Below, one piece after another: positions 9,022 through 18,556 of a stretch of 64,000 nt of DNA; within the stretch, counting starts at the first letter, position 1, and each line of letters opens with the position of its first letter. The notes under the pieces were generated by a model, which did not search any database, had not been told where the DNA came from, and was given only the letters and a program-made list of their open reading frames with translations. The position numbers and the translations under genes are program-made. Origin of the DNA: Pedobacter sp. (GTDB lineage: Bacteria; Desulfobacterota; Desulfuromonadia; Desulfuromonadales; Syntrophotaleaceae); assembly GCA_050253415.1 (NCBI GenBank), contig JBFWJC010000001.1:576001-640000 (forward strand). Direction: 5' to 3'.

Positions 9022-9957
9022 CTATTCGCCTAGCAGGAGTCTGCGGGCGCCCAAAAATTTCCTGCGCAGGGAACCCTCTTCCATACTCGAAATCCGTATT
9101 TTATCTTTGGCGCGCGGCGCATGAATGATCTTGCCGTCGCCGAGGTAGATGCCGACATGGTTAACGCGTTTGTTGGTCCCGAAAAAGACCATGTCGCCAA
9201 CGGCAAGTTCATCGCTTTTGACCGGTTGGCCATGGCGATACTGTTCGGCCGAGGTGCGCGGCAGGTTGATGCCGCACAGGGCATAGACGGTTTTGACAAA
9301 GCCGCTGCAGTCCATGCCTTTTTCGACGGACATGCCGCCCCAGCGATATTTCACGCCGATAAAGTCGAGGGCTATCTGGGCGGCCCGGAAACCCGGCGGG
9401 TGCGGTGCCATAGGCTGGTTTGCCATGGCCTCAAACGCGGCCAACATTTGGGCTTTCGTTGAGGTTTTTACCGTTACTTCTTCCCGTTTGTCCTTTGCAG
9501 GGGGAGCCGGAATTTCAGTGGTTTCCACGACTAATGCGGAGTCGGTAGATGCCGTTTCCATGGCGGCCGGCAGCTCTTCCTGCACCTGCGGTGTTTCAGC
9601 GGTAACGCTTTCTTCCGGGGGTGCGGTGGTGTCGGCCGGTTCGGGAGCGTTGGTTGCCACAACCAGAAAGCTGCCGATGATATGCTCAGCCTTCAGCCGG
9701 GCACCTTCTTTCTTGGCTTCCAGGCGGGAACCGTGGTTGCCTGCCCTTACCACAAACAGGCCCTTCTGGTTGGTGGTGACGTAGGCGTCGAGGCCCTTGT
9801 CCTTAAGCAGCGAGGCGGCTTGTTCAGCACCGGATTGGCGAGCGTAGGCGGAAAGCTGGAGTGCGTATGCCTTGGGGGCGGCCGCAGGGTCCGGGGCGGC
9901 GAGGGAAGCCGTCGCCGACAGGCAGAAAAGGGCCACCCAGAAAAGCATTTTCTTCAT
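9022..9957 (-). CDS. SPOR domain + NlpC/P60 peptidoglycan endopeptidase
   Basis: Signal peptide, SPOR-like YALQLSAY.., acidic/Pro linker, YRWGG..GMDCSG, LPRTS, HVGIYLG, IHA. Confidence 0.88.
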   Translation of the reverse strand: MKKMLFWVALFCLSATASLAAPDPAAAPKAYALQLSAYARQSGAEQAASLLKDKGLDAYVTTNQKGLFVVRAGNHGSRLEAKKEGARLKAEHIIGSFLVVATNAPEPADTTAPPEESVTAETPQVQEELPAAMETASTDSALVVETTEIPAPPAKDKREEVTVKTSTKAQMLAAFEAMANQPMAPHPPGFRAAQIALDFIGVKYRWGGMSVEKGMDCSGFVKTVYALCGINLPRTSAEQYRHGQPVKSDELAVGDMVFFGTNKRVNHVGIYLGDGKIIHAPRAKDKIRISSMEEGSLRRKFLGARRLLLGE

Positions 9958-10304
9958 ATATGGAATCCTGATCAGATTATGTCGGGCGCTTCGCCAGTTT
10001 TTTCGCAGGATTGTCCCGGATATTTAATGGCTAAGTTTTTCGGAATTCTCCTCTTTTTATAGAAAACTTTCCAAAAAGTCATCTTAAAAATACAGGGTCT
10101 GATTCCGGTGCGGTATTCTGGAGAAGATCCCTATCGCCTCGTGCAACTTCCGGAGGTTGTGGCTCGATAAAATCCATTTCGTTCAGCATTAAGATCCTTA
10201 TCGTAGCGCTTGTTTTTTTGCCCGCAAGGCGCTTGGCGTGGCAGGCGGTCTGGCGTTACAATGATGGAGTGAGGTGGATGTGACTTGGGCGAAAGGGCAT
10301 CACT

Positions 10305-11000
10305 ATGAAACGGCAGACTGTATGGCTGGCGGCAGTGTGGTCTCTGGGTTTTCCGATAATCATGGCCTCAGAGGTACGGGGCGCGATGCCTGCTGCCGCG
10401 ATATCCCCGGCGGAAGCCGTATTGACGGTAAAAAACGATACTCTGTTTGCCCTGATTGCAGAACCGGAATATCATCTGAATCTGGCGCGTACTTATCTGC
10501 AGGCAGGGCAGGGTGTTGATGCGTCTCGCGCGCTTGAAGCGGTGCAGGCTTTCGTCTGGCTTGAAAGAGCAAGGGCGGCCCAGCCTGCAATGGATATGTT
10601 GATCGATGCCACGATCGATTTGGATAAACTGGCGCGCGACAGTGCTCGGGGAGCGGTAACCGTTCCGCAATTGGCCGATGTCGCCCGCCTGACGCATCTG
10701 GCGCTGGCGGCTCATTATCAGCAGATGGCGCAAGATGCCTGGGCGCAGAAGGCCTGGCAGGTTACGGGGCAGCATTTGCACGCCGCAGAATTGCATATAC
10801 GGCAGGGGATGGCGTGGGGTGGACCGACTTTAACGGATCAGCAGCAGGTAATTCTTAAGGAAAATGCGGTGTTGGCTGATGCCTTAATGGACGGGCCCGG
10901 TTGTGGGAACAGCTGGGCAGAAGATGCCGCGGGACCCCAGATAACTGCTATGGGGCATTTAATGGATACTTTGAAGCCGTCGACTGCTGTGATGCCGTAA
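10305..11000 (+). CDS. Secreted alpha-helical hypothetical protein
   Basis: 231 aa ORF with a signal-peptide-like N-terminus and Ala/Leu-rich helical composition. Confidence 0.65.
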   Translation: MKRQTVWLAAVWSLGFPIIMASEVRGAMPAAAISPAEAVLTVKNDTLFALIAEPEYHLNLARTYLQAGQGVDASRALEAVQAFVWLERARAAQPAMDMLIDATIDLDKLARDSARGAVTVPQLADVARLTHLALAAHYQQMAQDAWAQKAWQVTGQHLHAAELHIRQGMAWGGPTLTDQQQVILKENAVLADALMDGPGCGNSWAEDAAGPQITAMGHLMDTLKPSTAVMP

Positions 11001-11048
11001 AAATTATTTATGTTTTTTACATAGACCATTTTATGACAGGGGGGGTGC

Positions 11049-11396
11049 TTGACGCTTTCGGAATTTGAGATCAGAAGGATTGAAAAACTGTTTAAAAGCT
11101 TTTGCGACAGGCGTGTTCCGGAGCGATTACGCGAGCAGATTCGTGTTGAGTTCCGGGTTCGTGATGATGCTGTGGAGTTGTTTGAAAGCCGTCCGCTTTA
11201 CAACGATCCTTCCACGTGGGTTTCTACCCGGATAGCCCGGTTCAAGAAGACTTCCCGAAATGGCAGCTGGATAGTGTACTGGGCCGATCGCAACGCCCAG
11301 TGGAAACGCTATGAACCCTGTGTGCCCCACCGGGATATCGAAGCTTTGCTGCAGGTGGTGGAAGAAGATGCGATAGGGACTTTCTGGGGGGGCTAA
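11049..11396 (+). CDS. DUF3024-like protein
   Basis: RVPERLREQIR..E.RP..W..IARF..W..YW.DRN..W..Y..F.G pattern typical of DUF3024. Confidence 0.75.
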   Translation: MTLSEFEIRRIEKLFKSFCDRRVPERLREQIRVEFRVRDDAVELFESRPLYNDPSTWVSTRIARFKKTSRNGSWIVYWADRNAQWKRYEPCVPHRDIEALLQVVEEDAIGTFWGG

Positions 11397-11433
11397 ACCT
11401 GTCCATGAGTGGCACATCGCTGATGCAAAAAAA

Positions 11434-11467
11434 ACAAGAAAAGCCCGCATATGCGGGCTTTTCTTGT
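11434..11467. terminator. Bidirectional terminator (perfect 34-bp palindrome)
   Basis: ACAAGAAAAGCCCGCAT|ATGCGGGCTTTTCTTGT between convergent genes. Confidence 0.8.
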
Positions 11468-11491
11468 ATGGGATGTCCGATGATGGGTTTG

Positions 11492-11806
11492 TTAATTCTT
11501 ATCGAGCAGTTTGACCACCAGCAGTCGTACCGGTGCGGTGCCGGTATTTTTCCACCCGCGCTGGGTGCCGGTGGGGATGGCGATAAGGCGGTCGGCGGCA
11601 ACCTGCTGGACCTGGTCTTCGATGGTCAGTTCGCCCTGACCTTCAAGCACATAGAACAGCACGTCGAAGGGATTGTCGTGAGGAGGCACGCCTTCGCCGG
11701 GTTGCAGCAAAATATGTATGACTTCGATGGGGCCTTCGCTGTGCATGATGCGGGCGTCGAAGGGGACCGGTACCTTCGGGGCCGATTCCAGCTTTATGAT
11801 ATTCAT
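11492..11806 (-). CDS. Cupin domain protein
   Basis: LQPGEGVPPH..FYVLEGQGEL...IAIP..GWKN cupin motifs. Confidence 0.85.
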   Translation of the reverse strand: MNIIKLESAPKVPVPFDARIMHSEGPIEVIHILLQPGEGVPPHDNPFDVLFYVLEGQGELTIEDQVQQVAADRLIAIPTGTQRGWKNTGTAPVRLLVVKLLDKN

Positions 11807-11843
11807 GGCTGTGTCCTTTGTGAAAAATCAGCTGACAAGCCGG

Positions 11844-11879
11844 AAAAAAAGGGCGGGGCGCGGAGGGTATGCCCCACCC
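11844..11879 (-). terminator. Intrinsic terminator after hcp
   Basis: Minus strand GGGTGGGGC...GCCCCGCCC followed by T7. Confidence 0.7.
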
Positions 11880-11903
11880 AGAGGAGGCTTGTCGATTATG
11901 TTT

Positions 11904-13535
11904 TTATCCGAGTATCGCCTTGAGGTCTTCGTCGGGGGTCGTGATCGGGGCGATGTTGAAGTTTTCGACCAGGTAATTCAGCACGTTCGGCGTGACGAAG
12001 GCCGGCAGGCTGGGTCCGAGCTTGATGTTCTGGATCCCAAGGAACAGCAAGGTCAGCAGGATAACGACGGCCTTCTGCTCGTACCAGGACAGGATCATCG
12101 ACAACGGCAGATCGTTAACCCCGCACTCGAAGGCCTCGGCCAGCGCTACCGCGATCTGAATGGCGCTGTAGGCATCGTTGCATTGGCCGATGTCGAGCAG
12201 GCGCGGGATGCCGCCGATATCACCGAACTCCAGCTTGTTGAAGCGGTACTTGCCGCAGGCCAGGGTCAGGATGACGCAGTCCTCGGGGACCTTTTCGGCG
12301 AATTCGGTGTAGTAATTGCGGCCCGGCTTGGCGCCGTCGCAGCCGCCGATCAGGAAGAAATGCTTCACCGCTCCGTCCTTGACCGCTTCGATAACCTTGT
12401 CGGCCACACCCAGCACCGCATTGTGGCCGAAGCCGACCAGGATGTTCTGACCCGGGGCCTCGGGCAGTTCTGGCAGGGTCAGGGCCTTGTCGATGACCGC
12501 AGAGAAATCCCATCCATCCACATGTTTGACCCCGGGCCAGGCCACGCAACCCCAGGTGAAGGTGCGGTCCTTGTAGGATTCGGCCGGTTTTTGGATGCAG
12601 TTGGTATTGAAAATGATGGCCCCGGGGAACTCGGGAAATTCCTTGTGCTGGTTCTGCCAGGCGCTGCCGAAGTTGCCGGCCAGGTGCGCATATTTTTTCA
12701 ATCCGGGATAGGCGTGAGCCGGCAGCATTTCGCCGTGGGTGTAAATATTAATGCCCTTACCCTCGGTTTGTTTGAGCAATTCTTCAAGCATTTTCATGTC
12801 GTGGCCGGAAACCAGGATCCCCTTGCCGGCACGGGTGCCGAGGTTGACCTGGGTGGGGACCGGGTGGCCGTAATGTTCCACATGCCCTTCATTGAGCAGC
12901 GCCATCACGGTCAAGTTGTGTTTGCCGCATTCCATGGCCAGTTCGACAAAGTCGCCCAGTCCAAGGGTCTTGTCGGTGGTGGCGTGCAGGGCGCGGTGGA
13001 AAAATTCAAACACCTCGTCGTTGGTCTTGCCGAGAATCTCGGCATGTTCGGCATAGGCGGCCATGCCTTTGAGGCCATAGATAAGAATCTCTACCACCGA
13101 GCGCACGTCGGGATCGGTATGCAATTGCTCGATGCCGTATTGAACCCCTTGCGCCACCGGGTCTGTGGACAGGGTCCATGCGGGCTGGTCGGTTTCAAAG
13201 GAGCGTGCCTTGATGCTGTTAAGGTCGCTAAAGGCCTTTTCGTAAAGTAAGCGAGCTTGTTCCTTGAGCGTGTAGCAGCGTTGCAGAATCTCTTTGAGTC
13301 GGTCTGCATCGAAGTCAACGTTGGTTACCGTGGCAAACAGACCCTCCAACACGAAATGGTCGAGGGCTTTGTCGGTGGCCCCGAGCTGGCGTGCCTTGTG
13401 GGCGTAGAAGGACAGGCTTTGCAATCCGTATAGTAAGTGATCCTGCAGGCTGGCGACCTCCGGTTGCTTGCCGCATACGCCGGCTGCGCTGCAACCGGTG
13501 CCTTTTGCCGTTTGTTCACATTGATGACAGAACAT
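11904..13535 (-). CDS. hcp: Hybrid cluster protein (hydroxylamine/NO reductase)
   Basis: MFCHQCEQT..GC...GVCGK, SGHD, YTHGEMLPAH, GGCDG, LACGK, GQCND, SWYEQKA. ATG 13535 with RBS GAGGAGG. Confidence 0.96.
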   Translation of the reverse strand: MFCHQCEQTAKGTGCSAAGVCGKQPEVASLQDHLLYGLQSLSFYAHKARQLGATDKALDHFVLEGLFATVTNVDFDADRLKEILQRCYTLKEQARLLYEKAFSDLNSIKARSFETDQPAWTLSTDPVAQGVQYGIEQLHTDPDVRSVVEILIYGLKGMAAYAEHAEILGKTNDEVFEFFHRALHATTDKTLGLGDFVELAMECGKHNLTVMALLNEGHVEHYGHPVPTQVNLGTRAGKGILVSGHDMKMLEELLKQTEGKGINIYTHGEMLPAHAYPGLKKYAHLAGNFGSAWQNQHKEFPEFPGAIIFNTNCIQKPAESYKDRTFTWGCVAWPGVKHVDGWDFSAVIDKALTLPELPEAPGQNILVGFGHNAVLGVADKVIEAVKDGAVKHFFLIGGCDGAKPGRNYYTEFAEKVPEDCVILTLACGKYRFNKLEFGDIGGIPRLLDIGQCNDAYSAIQIAVALAEAFECGVNDLPLSMILSWYEQKAVVILLTLLFLGIQNIKLGPSLPAFVTPNVLNYLVENFNIAPITTPDEDLKAILG

Positions 13536-13658
13536 GGGTTCCTCCTCGGTAAGTTTGTTTTTACCCAGCACCGCAGGGCCAAAACAGCTTGTAAATGGTA
13601 AAAGTTTTCGTGTTTCCTCTTCGTGAATATCACCTTACTGTAAAGAGGGAAGGGAAGG

Positions 13659-13674
13659 CTTGACGAGGATCAAG
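13659..13674. promoter_or_regulatory. HcpR/FNR-type binding site upstream of hcp
   Basis: CTTGAC-GAGG-ATCAAG matches the TTGAC-N4-RTCAA CRP/FNR-family motif, about 125 bp upstream of the hcp start. Confidence 0.7.
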
Positions 13675-13768
13675 TTTTTGATTGTTTTTACTTTTATGGC
13701 AAAAAACATTGAAAAATCAGTAGTGTAGAAATTTGTGACAAAAAAGACCAAAGAAGTAATAATTTTAG

Positions 13769-13797
13769 TTGACACAAAATACCAAATGCAATAAATT
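13769..13797 (+). promoter_or_regulatory. Sigma70 promoter for the perR-rbr operon
   Basis: TTGACA-N17-TAAATT in an AT-rich context, with an AGTAATAATT PerR-like half site just upstream. Confidence 0.6.
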
Positions 13798-13821
13798 ACC
13801 ATCCAACCAGATGAGGTGGCG

Positions 13822-14271
13822 ATGTCAGACCAGAAGAAACAACAGCAGCTCAAAGAAGTGTGCAGATCCCGGGGTGTCAGTCTGACGCCTCAGCGTCAGG
13901 CGATTATGCGGGCATTGGCTGTCCGTGGAGATCACCCCACAGCTGACCAACTGTACGATGACCTCAGTTGCCAAATGCCGGGTATGTCCCGCACTACTGT
14001 GTACCGGGTTCTTGAAACCTTCGTAAAGCTCGGTCTGGTACGCAAGGTAGACAGTCGTGCATCCAAGGCTCATTTCGATGCCGATGTCACTTTGCATCCC
14101 CATCTGGTCTGCCTGGGCTGCGGCATGGTTTGTGATTTTGAGGACAGGGGGTTCGGTGTTCTGCATCCGCCCGCTATGACCGACGACGGTTTTGAAATTG
14201 TCGATTACGCGGTCACTCTGGTCGGGTACTGCAGACAGTGCCGTCATCACCAAAAAATCCCATCCGATTGA
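13822..14271 (+). CDS. perR: Fur family regulator, PerR-like
   Basis: LTPQR, HPTAD, TVYRVL, FDA..HPHLVCLGC..D, GYCRQC. Adjacent to rubrerythrin. Confidence 0.8.
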   Translation: MSDQKKQQQLKEVCRSRGVSLTPQRQAIMRALAVRGDHPTADQLYDDLSCQMPGMSRTTVYRVLETFVKLGLVRKVDSRASKAHFDADVTLHPHLVCLGCGMVCDFEDRGFGVLHPPAMTDDGFEIVDYAVTLVGYCRQCRHHQKIPSD

Positions 14272-14354
14272 CCCTGTAAATAAAAATGGTGGTCCGCAGA
14301 TTTTAAATGTCTGCATGAAAATAATCTTTTAATGTTAGAAGAGAGGGAGTTATA

Positions 14355-14891
14355 ATGTCCGAATTGAAAGGCACCAAGACCGAGAAGAACCTGTTGGAAG
14401 CTTTTGCCGGCGAGTCCATGGCCCGCAACAAGTACAGCTACTTTGCTTCGGTGGCCAAAAAAGAGGGTTTCGAGCAGATTGCCGCGATTTTTCAGGAAAC
14501 TGCAGACAACGAAAAAGAGCATGCTAAACTGCACTTTAAGGCTCTTCAGGGTATCGGCAGCACCATGGACAACCTGAAAGCTGCTGCTGCCGGTGAACAC
14601 GAAGAATGGACCGATATGTATCCCCGCATGGCTCAGGAAGCCCGCGAAGAGGGCTTCGACGATCTGGCCCGCATGTTTGAAAATATAGCTCGCATCGAAA
14701 AAGCCCACCAGGAACGCTATGAGCGGATTCTCAAGGCTGTTGAAGCCGGGACTATTTTTAACCGTACGGACGAACGCCTGTGGAAATGTCGCAACTGTGG
14801 ACATCTGCTCAATGCCAAAGCAGCCCCGGCCATCTGTCCGGTTTGCGATCATCCCAAGGCTTATTTTGAGATCGAGGTCGATACTTTTTGA
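14355..14891 (+). CDS. rbr: Rubrerythrin
   Basis: AFAGES.A, ENEKEHA-type diiron motifs, EKAH; C-terminal WKCRNCG...CPVC. Confidence 0.95.
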   Translation: MSELKGTKTEKNLLEAFAGESMARNKYSYFASVAKKEGFEQIAAIFQETADNEKEHAKLHFKALQGIGSTMDNLKAAAAGEHEEWTDMYPRMAQEAREEGFDDLARMFENIARIEKAHQERYERILKAVEAGTIFNRTDERLWKCRNCGHLLNAKAAPAICPVCDHPKAYFEIEVDTF

Positions 14892-14981
14892 TGGTGATTA
14901 AAGGTCTCCCCGGATAAATCGGGGAGACCGCCAGCAACAGAATTTTTGCCCGGTCCCTTTCAACCTCAGGAGGAAGCAACC

Positions 14982-15143
14982 ATGGAAAAGTATGTATGTG
15001 AAATTTGCGGTTATGTGTATGACCCCGCAGTGGGTGACCCTGACAATGGCGTAGCCGCAGGTACCGCTTTTGCGGATGTGTCCGAAGATTGGGTCTGCCC
15101 CATATGCGGTGCGGCCAAAGATATGTTTGCTTTAGAAGCCTAG
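14982..15143 (+). CDS. Rubredoxin
   Basis: [35 protein letters not shown]. Confidence 0.95.
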   Translation: MEKYVCEICGYVYDPAVGDPDNGVAAGTAFADVSEDWVCPICGAAKDMFALEA

Positions 15144-15332
15144 TCGTATGTAGGGCGGTTCCGGTCTGCGCCCGCCGGCCGGAACCCATTTATAACCAAC
15201 ACCGAATGGGCCACCGGGTCCGCTCAGGATAAAAAAATCACATCCGGCACAGACAGGTCGCCTGTCTGAGGTCGTTTTTTTATATGCTCCGCCGAAGGTC
15301 GTGATGTGTCATTTGAAAGGAATAAATTGCAT

Positions 15333-16520
15333 ATGATACCGAAAAGATTAGCTGAAGGTGTTTACGAAGTCGGTGCCATAGATTGGAATGTGCGGGATTT
15401 TCATGGCTATTCGACGGATTTGGGATCGACCTATAATGCCTATTTGATTATCGATGAGAAGATCACTCTGATCGACACGGTCAAAAAAGAATTCACCGAC
15501 CAGTTGCTGGAAAAGATTGCCCAGATTGTCGATCCCTCCAAGATCGATATCGTTATCAGCAATCATACCGAAATGGACCACTCGGGCGGTTTGCCGACGG
15601 TCATGGAAATTATCGGCAAAGATAAGCCTATTTACTGCTCCAAGATGGGTTTTAAAAACCTCAGCCAACATTTCCCGACCGGATTAAACTTGCGTGAAGT
15701 GAAGGACGGAGAAGAACTGAGCCTGGGGCGGCGGACTCTGCAGTTTCTTGAAACCCGCATGGTCCATTGGCCGGACAGTATGTTCACCTATCTCAAGGAA
15801 GATCAGATCCTGTTTTCCAGCGACGGGTTTGGGCAACATTATGCCGGGCCGGAACGTTTCGATGACGAGATCGACGATGCCATCATGTGGCACGCCAAGA
15901 AATATTTTGCCAATATCCTCTGGCCGTTTGCCCCCCTGATCCAGAAGCTTATGGACAAAATCATCAAGATGGAGTTGCCCATCAAGATGATCTGCCCCGA
16001 CCACGGCATTATCTGGCGCAAGGATCCGGCTAAAATCATCAACACCTACGTCGAATGGTGCAAGCAGCAGCCTCAGGATACCGCATTGGTGATTTACGAT
16101 ACCATGTGGCACAGCACCGAAGCTATGGCCGAGCAGATCGTTGCCGGTTTGTGGGAAGTGGGAGTGAAGGCGCAACCGATGCATGCACGCACTGTGCATC
16201 GCAGCGATATCGTTACCGCAGCCTTCGACACCAAGGCCTTGATCGTTGGTTCTCCGACCCTCAATAACGGGATTTTCCCGACTCTTGCGGATGTGTTGAC
16301 TTATCTGAAGGGTCTCAAACCCAAGAACAAACTGGGCGCGACCTTCGGTTCCTACGGGTGGAGTGGCGAAGCTCCCAAGATGGTGCATGAGTTACTCACC
16401 GAGATGGATGTGCAGATGGTCGAGGAGCCTCTGCGGGTTCAGTTTATCCCGGAGAAGGATTCTCTTGAGGCCTGTCGTGAGTTTGGACGTCGCATCGGGC
16501 GGATCATAAAACAAGATTGA
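15333..16520 (+). CDS. fprA: Flavodiiron protein (FprA / rubredoxin:oxygen oxidoreductase)
   Basis: HTEMDHSG, HWPDSM, FSSDGFGQH, CPDHG; flavodoxin domain YDTMWHST, FGSYGWSG. Confidence 0.93.
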   Translation: MIPKRLAEGVYEVGAIDWNVRDFHGYSTDLGSTYNAYLIIDEKITLIDTVKKEFTDQLLEKIAQIVDPSKIDIVISNHTEMDHSGGLPTVMEIIGKDKPIYCSKMGFKNLSQHFPTGLNLREVKDGEELSLGRRTLQFLETRMVHWPDSMFTYLKEDQILFSSDGFGQHYAGPERFDDEIDDAIMWHAKKYFANILWPFAPLIQKLMDKIIKMELPIKMICPDHGIIWRKDPAKIINTYVEWCKQQPQDTALVIYDTMWHSTEAMAEQIVAGLWEVGVKAQPMHARTVHRSDIVTAAFDTKALIVGSPTLNNGIFPTLADVLTYLKGLKPKNKLGATFGSYGWSGEAPKMVHELLTEMDVQMVEEPLRVQFIPEKDSLEACREFGRRIGRIIKQD

Positions 16521-16546
16521 GAATGATGTTATTTTAGAGGCTATTG

Positions 16547-16580
16547 AAGGGCCGCTCCCCGGGAGCGGCCCTTTGTTTTT
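16547..16580 (+). terminator. Intrinsic terminator
   Basis: AAGGGCCGCTCCC...GGGAGCGGCCCTT followed by a T-rich tail. Confidence 0.75.
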
Positions 16581-16750
16581 GGGATAATCCGAACTTAGGA
16601 TGTTTTTTTTAGGCAAGAAGGTTGATTTAGCCGTTTCAAAATTCTACTATAGTCCGTTAATCATGCTGAATGGTCTTAACAGGCCTGCTTTTTTCCGGTG
16701 CTCATATCCTCTTTCAGTTAAAAACTATCTACAGACGACGAGTCGTATCA

Positions 16751-18556
16751 ATGTCATACATCATGCTTAATTCCGAAGCTATTGCCTGGGTCAGATCCCG
16801 TTTTCCGTCAGTTTTAAATCGTTTAGGGGTCAGCGAACAGACCTTTATGGCGCTTCTTGCGCTAGGGGTCGGCGTGATGGCAGGGTTGGGTAATTTCGTT
16901 TTTCGAAAGACCATCGATCTGATCCACTGGCTTGTGATCGAGCAGGGTGTGCAATTTTTCAATATATCTTTTGAGCACTGGAGTGCCGCACGCTTATGGT
17001 CGGTGCTATTTCCGGTCAGTGCCGGCCTCTTGATGCTGCCGTTTGGTATTTTCTTTGCCAAGGATCTGCGTTTCGGGTTTGCACATTTTCTTGAGCGGGT
17101 CAACCTGCGTGGGGCCAAGATCCCCGGACGTACCATCGTGACCCGCGGATTGGCCAGTGCCATTACCTTGGGGGCGGGCGGCTCCGCCGGACAGGAGGGA
17201 CCGATCGCACAGATCGGCGGTGCTATCGGCAGTCAGGTCGGTCAGGTTTTCAAGGTCAGTGGCAATCGTCTGAAACTGCTGGTGGCCTGCGGGGTTGCCG
17301 GAGGGATTGCCGCAACCTTTAATGCTCCTATCGCCGGTGTGTTTTTTGCTCACGAAATCGTATTGCTGTCGTCGTTCGAGATCACCAGTTTTACCTCGAT
17401 CGTCATCTCCAGCGGTATTGCCACTGTCGTTTCCCGTGCTCTGCTGGGTAATCTTCCGGCCTTGCGGGCGCCGGTCTACATGCTCGCCAACCCCTGGGAG
17501 CTGGCCTGTTACCTGGTTCTCGGAATGCTGGTGGGAGTGCTGGCGGTATTTTTCATTACCATGCATTACCGTATTGTCGATCGGTTTGCCGCCCTGAAAA
17601 TGCCTCGTCTGGTCAAGCCCATATTGGGCGGTGCGCTGGTTGGCATTATCGGTATCGTCTTTCCGCAAGTGTTTGGCAACGGTTACGAGTTTATCGAGAA
17701 TGTGCTGTTGGGGAATGGCGTGTTGTGGTTGTTGGCCGGCTTGGTAGTAATCAAAGCGGTGGCAACGTCCCTTACCCTGGGATCCGGCCTGCCCGGCGGC
17801 CTGTTTGCGCCCTCCCTGTTTATTGGTGCGGTTACCGGAGGCGCCTACGGCAAGGCGTTGCAGGTGCTTTTCCCCGGGACGGTTCCGGCTACCGGACCCT
17901 ACGCGCTGGTCGGTATGGGGGCGTTTCTGGCTGCAGCCACCCATGCGCCGATGACCGCGATTTTCCTGTTGTTCGAGATGACCGGCTCCTACGACCTGAT
18001 CATCCCCATCATGCTGTGTTGCGTGGTCGGCACTGCCATCAGTCGTCACCTCAAGAAAGACAGCATCGATACCGTTGAGTTGTCGCGGGCCGGCATCAAT
18101 CTGGAAGCCGGCAAAGAACGCAATATCATGATGTCTCTGCGGGTCGGTGACGTCATGACCCGCGATCCCGAATCGATCCCGGAGAATATGACTCTGCGGC
18201 AGTTCAACCACTTTATCGCCAGTACCAAGCATACCAACTTCCCACTGATTAATCGCAAGGGCGAACTGACCGGGATTATCTCCGTACAGGATTTCATGGG
18301 GGTGGTGTTTGAGGGGGACCTGCTCGACCTGGTGGTGGTCAAGGAACTGGCGACGGTGGATGTCATCACTGTCAGTACCGAGGATAATCTTGATCGCGCC
18401 ATGCGCAAAATCGGCTATCGCAATATCGAACAACTGCCGGTAGTGGATGAGCAAAACGGCCGCAAGCTGATCGGCATCGTCAGTCGGCGCGACATGGTGT
18501 CGGCCTATAATCGAGCCCTGATGGCGCGCTCCATGGGGGATGAAGACGATGAGTGA
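16751..18556 (+). CDS. ClC family channel/transporter with CBS pair (atypical filter)
   Basis: GGSAGQEGP, FNAPIAGVFF, GGLFAP, THAPMTA, two CBS domains. GSGIP and Tyr-cen motifs are altered. Confidence 0.9.
   Translation: MSYIMLNSEAIAWVRSRFPSVLNRLGVSEQTFMALLALGVGVMAGLGNFVFRKTIDLIHWLVIEQGVQFFNISFEHWSAARLWSVLFPVSAGLLMLPFGIFFAKDLRFGFAHFLERVNLRGAKIPGRTIVTRGLASAITLGAGGSAGQEGPIAQIGGAIGSQVGQVFKVSGNRLKLLVACGVAGGIAATFNAPIAGVFFAHEIVLLSSFEITSFTSIVISSGIATVVSRALLGNLPALRAPVYMLANPWELACYLVLGMLVGVLAVFFITMHYRIVDRFAALKMPRLVKPILGGALVGIIGIVFPQVFGNGYEFIENVLLGNGVLWLLAGLVVIKAVATSLTLGSGLPGGLFAPSLFIGAVTGGAYGKALQVLFPGTVPATGPYALVGMGAFLAAATHAPMTAIFLLFEMTGSYDLIIPIMLCCVVGTAISRHLKKDSIDTVELSRAGINLEAGKERNIMMSLRVGDVMTRDPESIPENMTLRQFNHFIASTKHTNFPLINRKGELTGIISVQDFMGVVFEGDLLDLVVVKELATVDVITVSTEDNLDRAMRKIGYRNIEQLPVVDEQNGRKLIGIVSRRDMVSAYNRALMARSMGDEDDE

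Noticed and set aside
11718..13250. 510-aa + strand ORF
   Set aside because: Antisense shadow of hcp arising from codon bias; no recognisable motifs.
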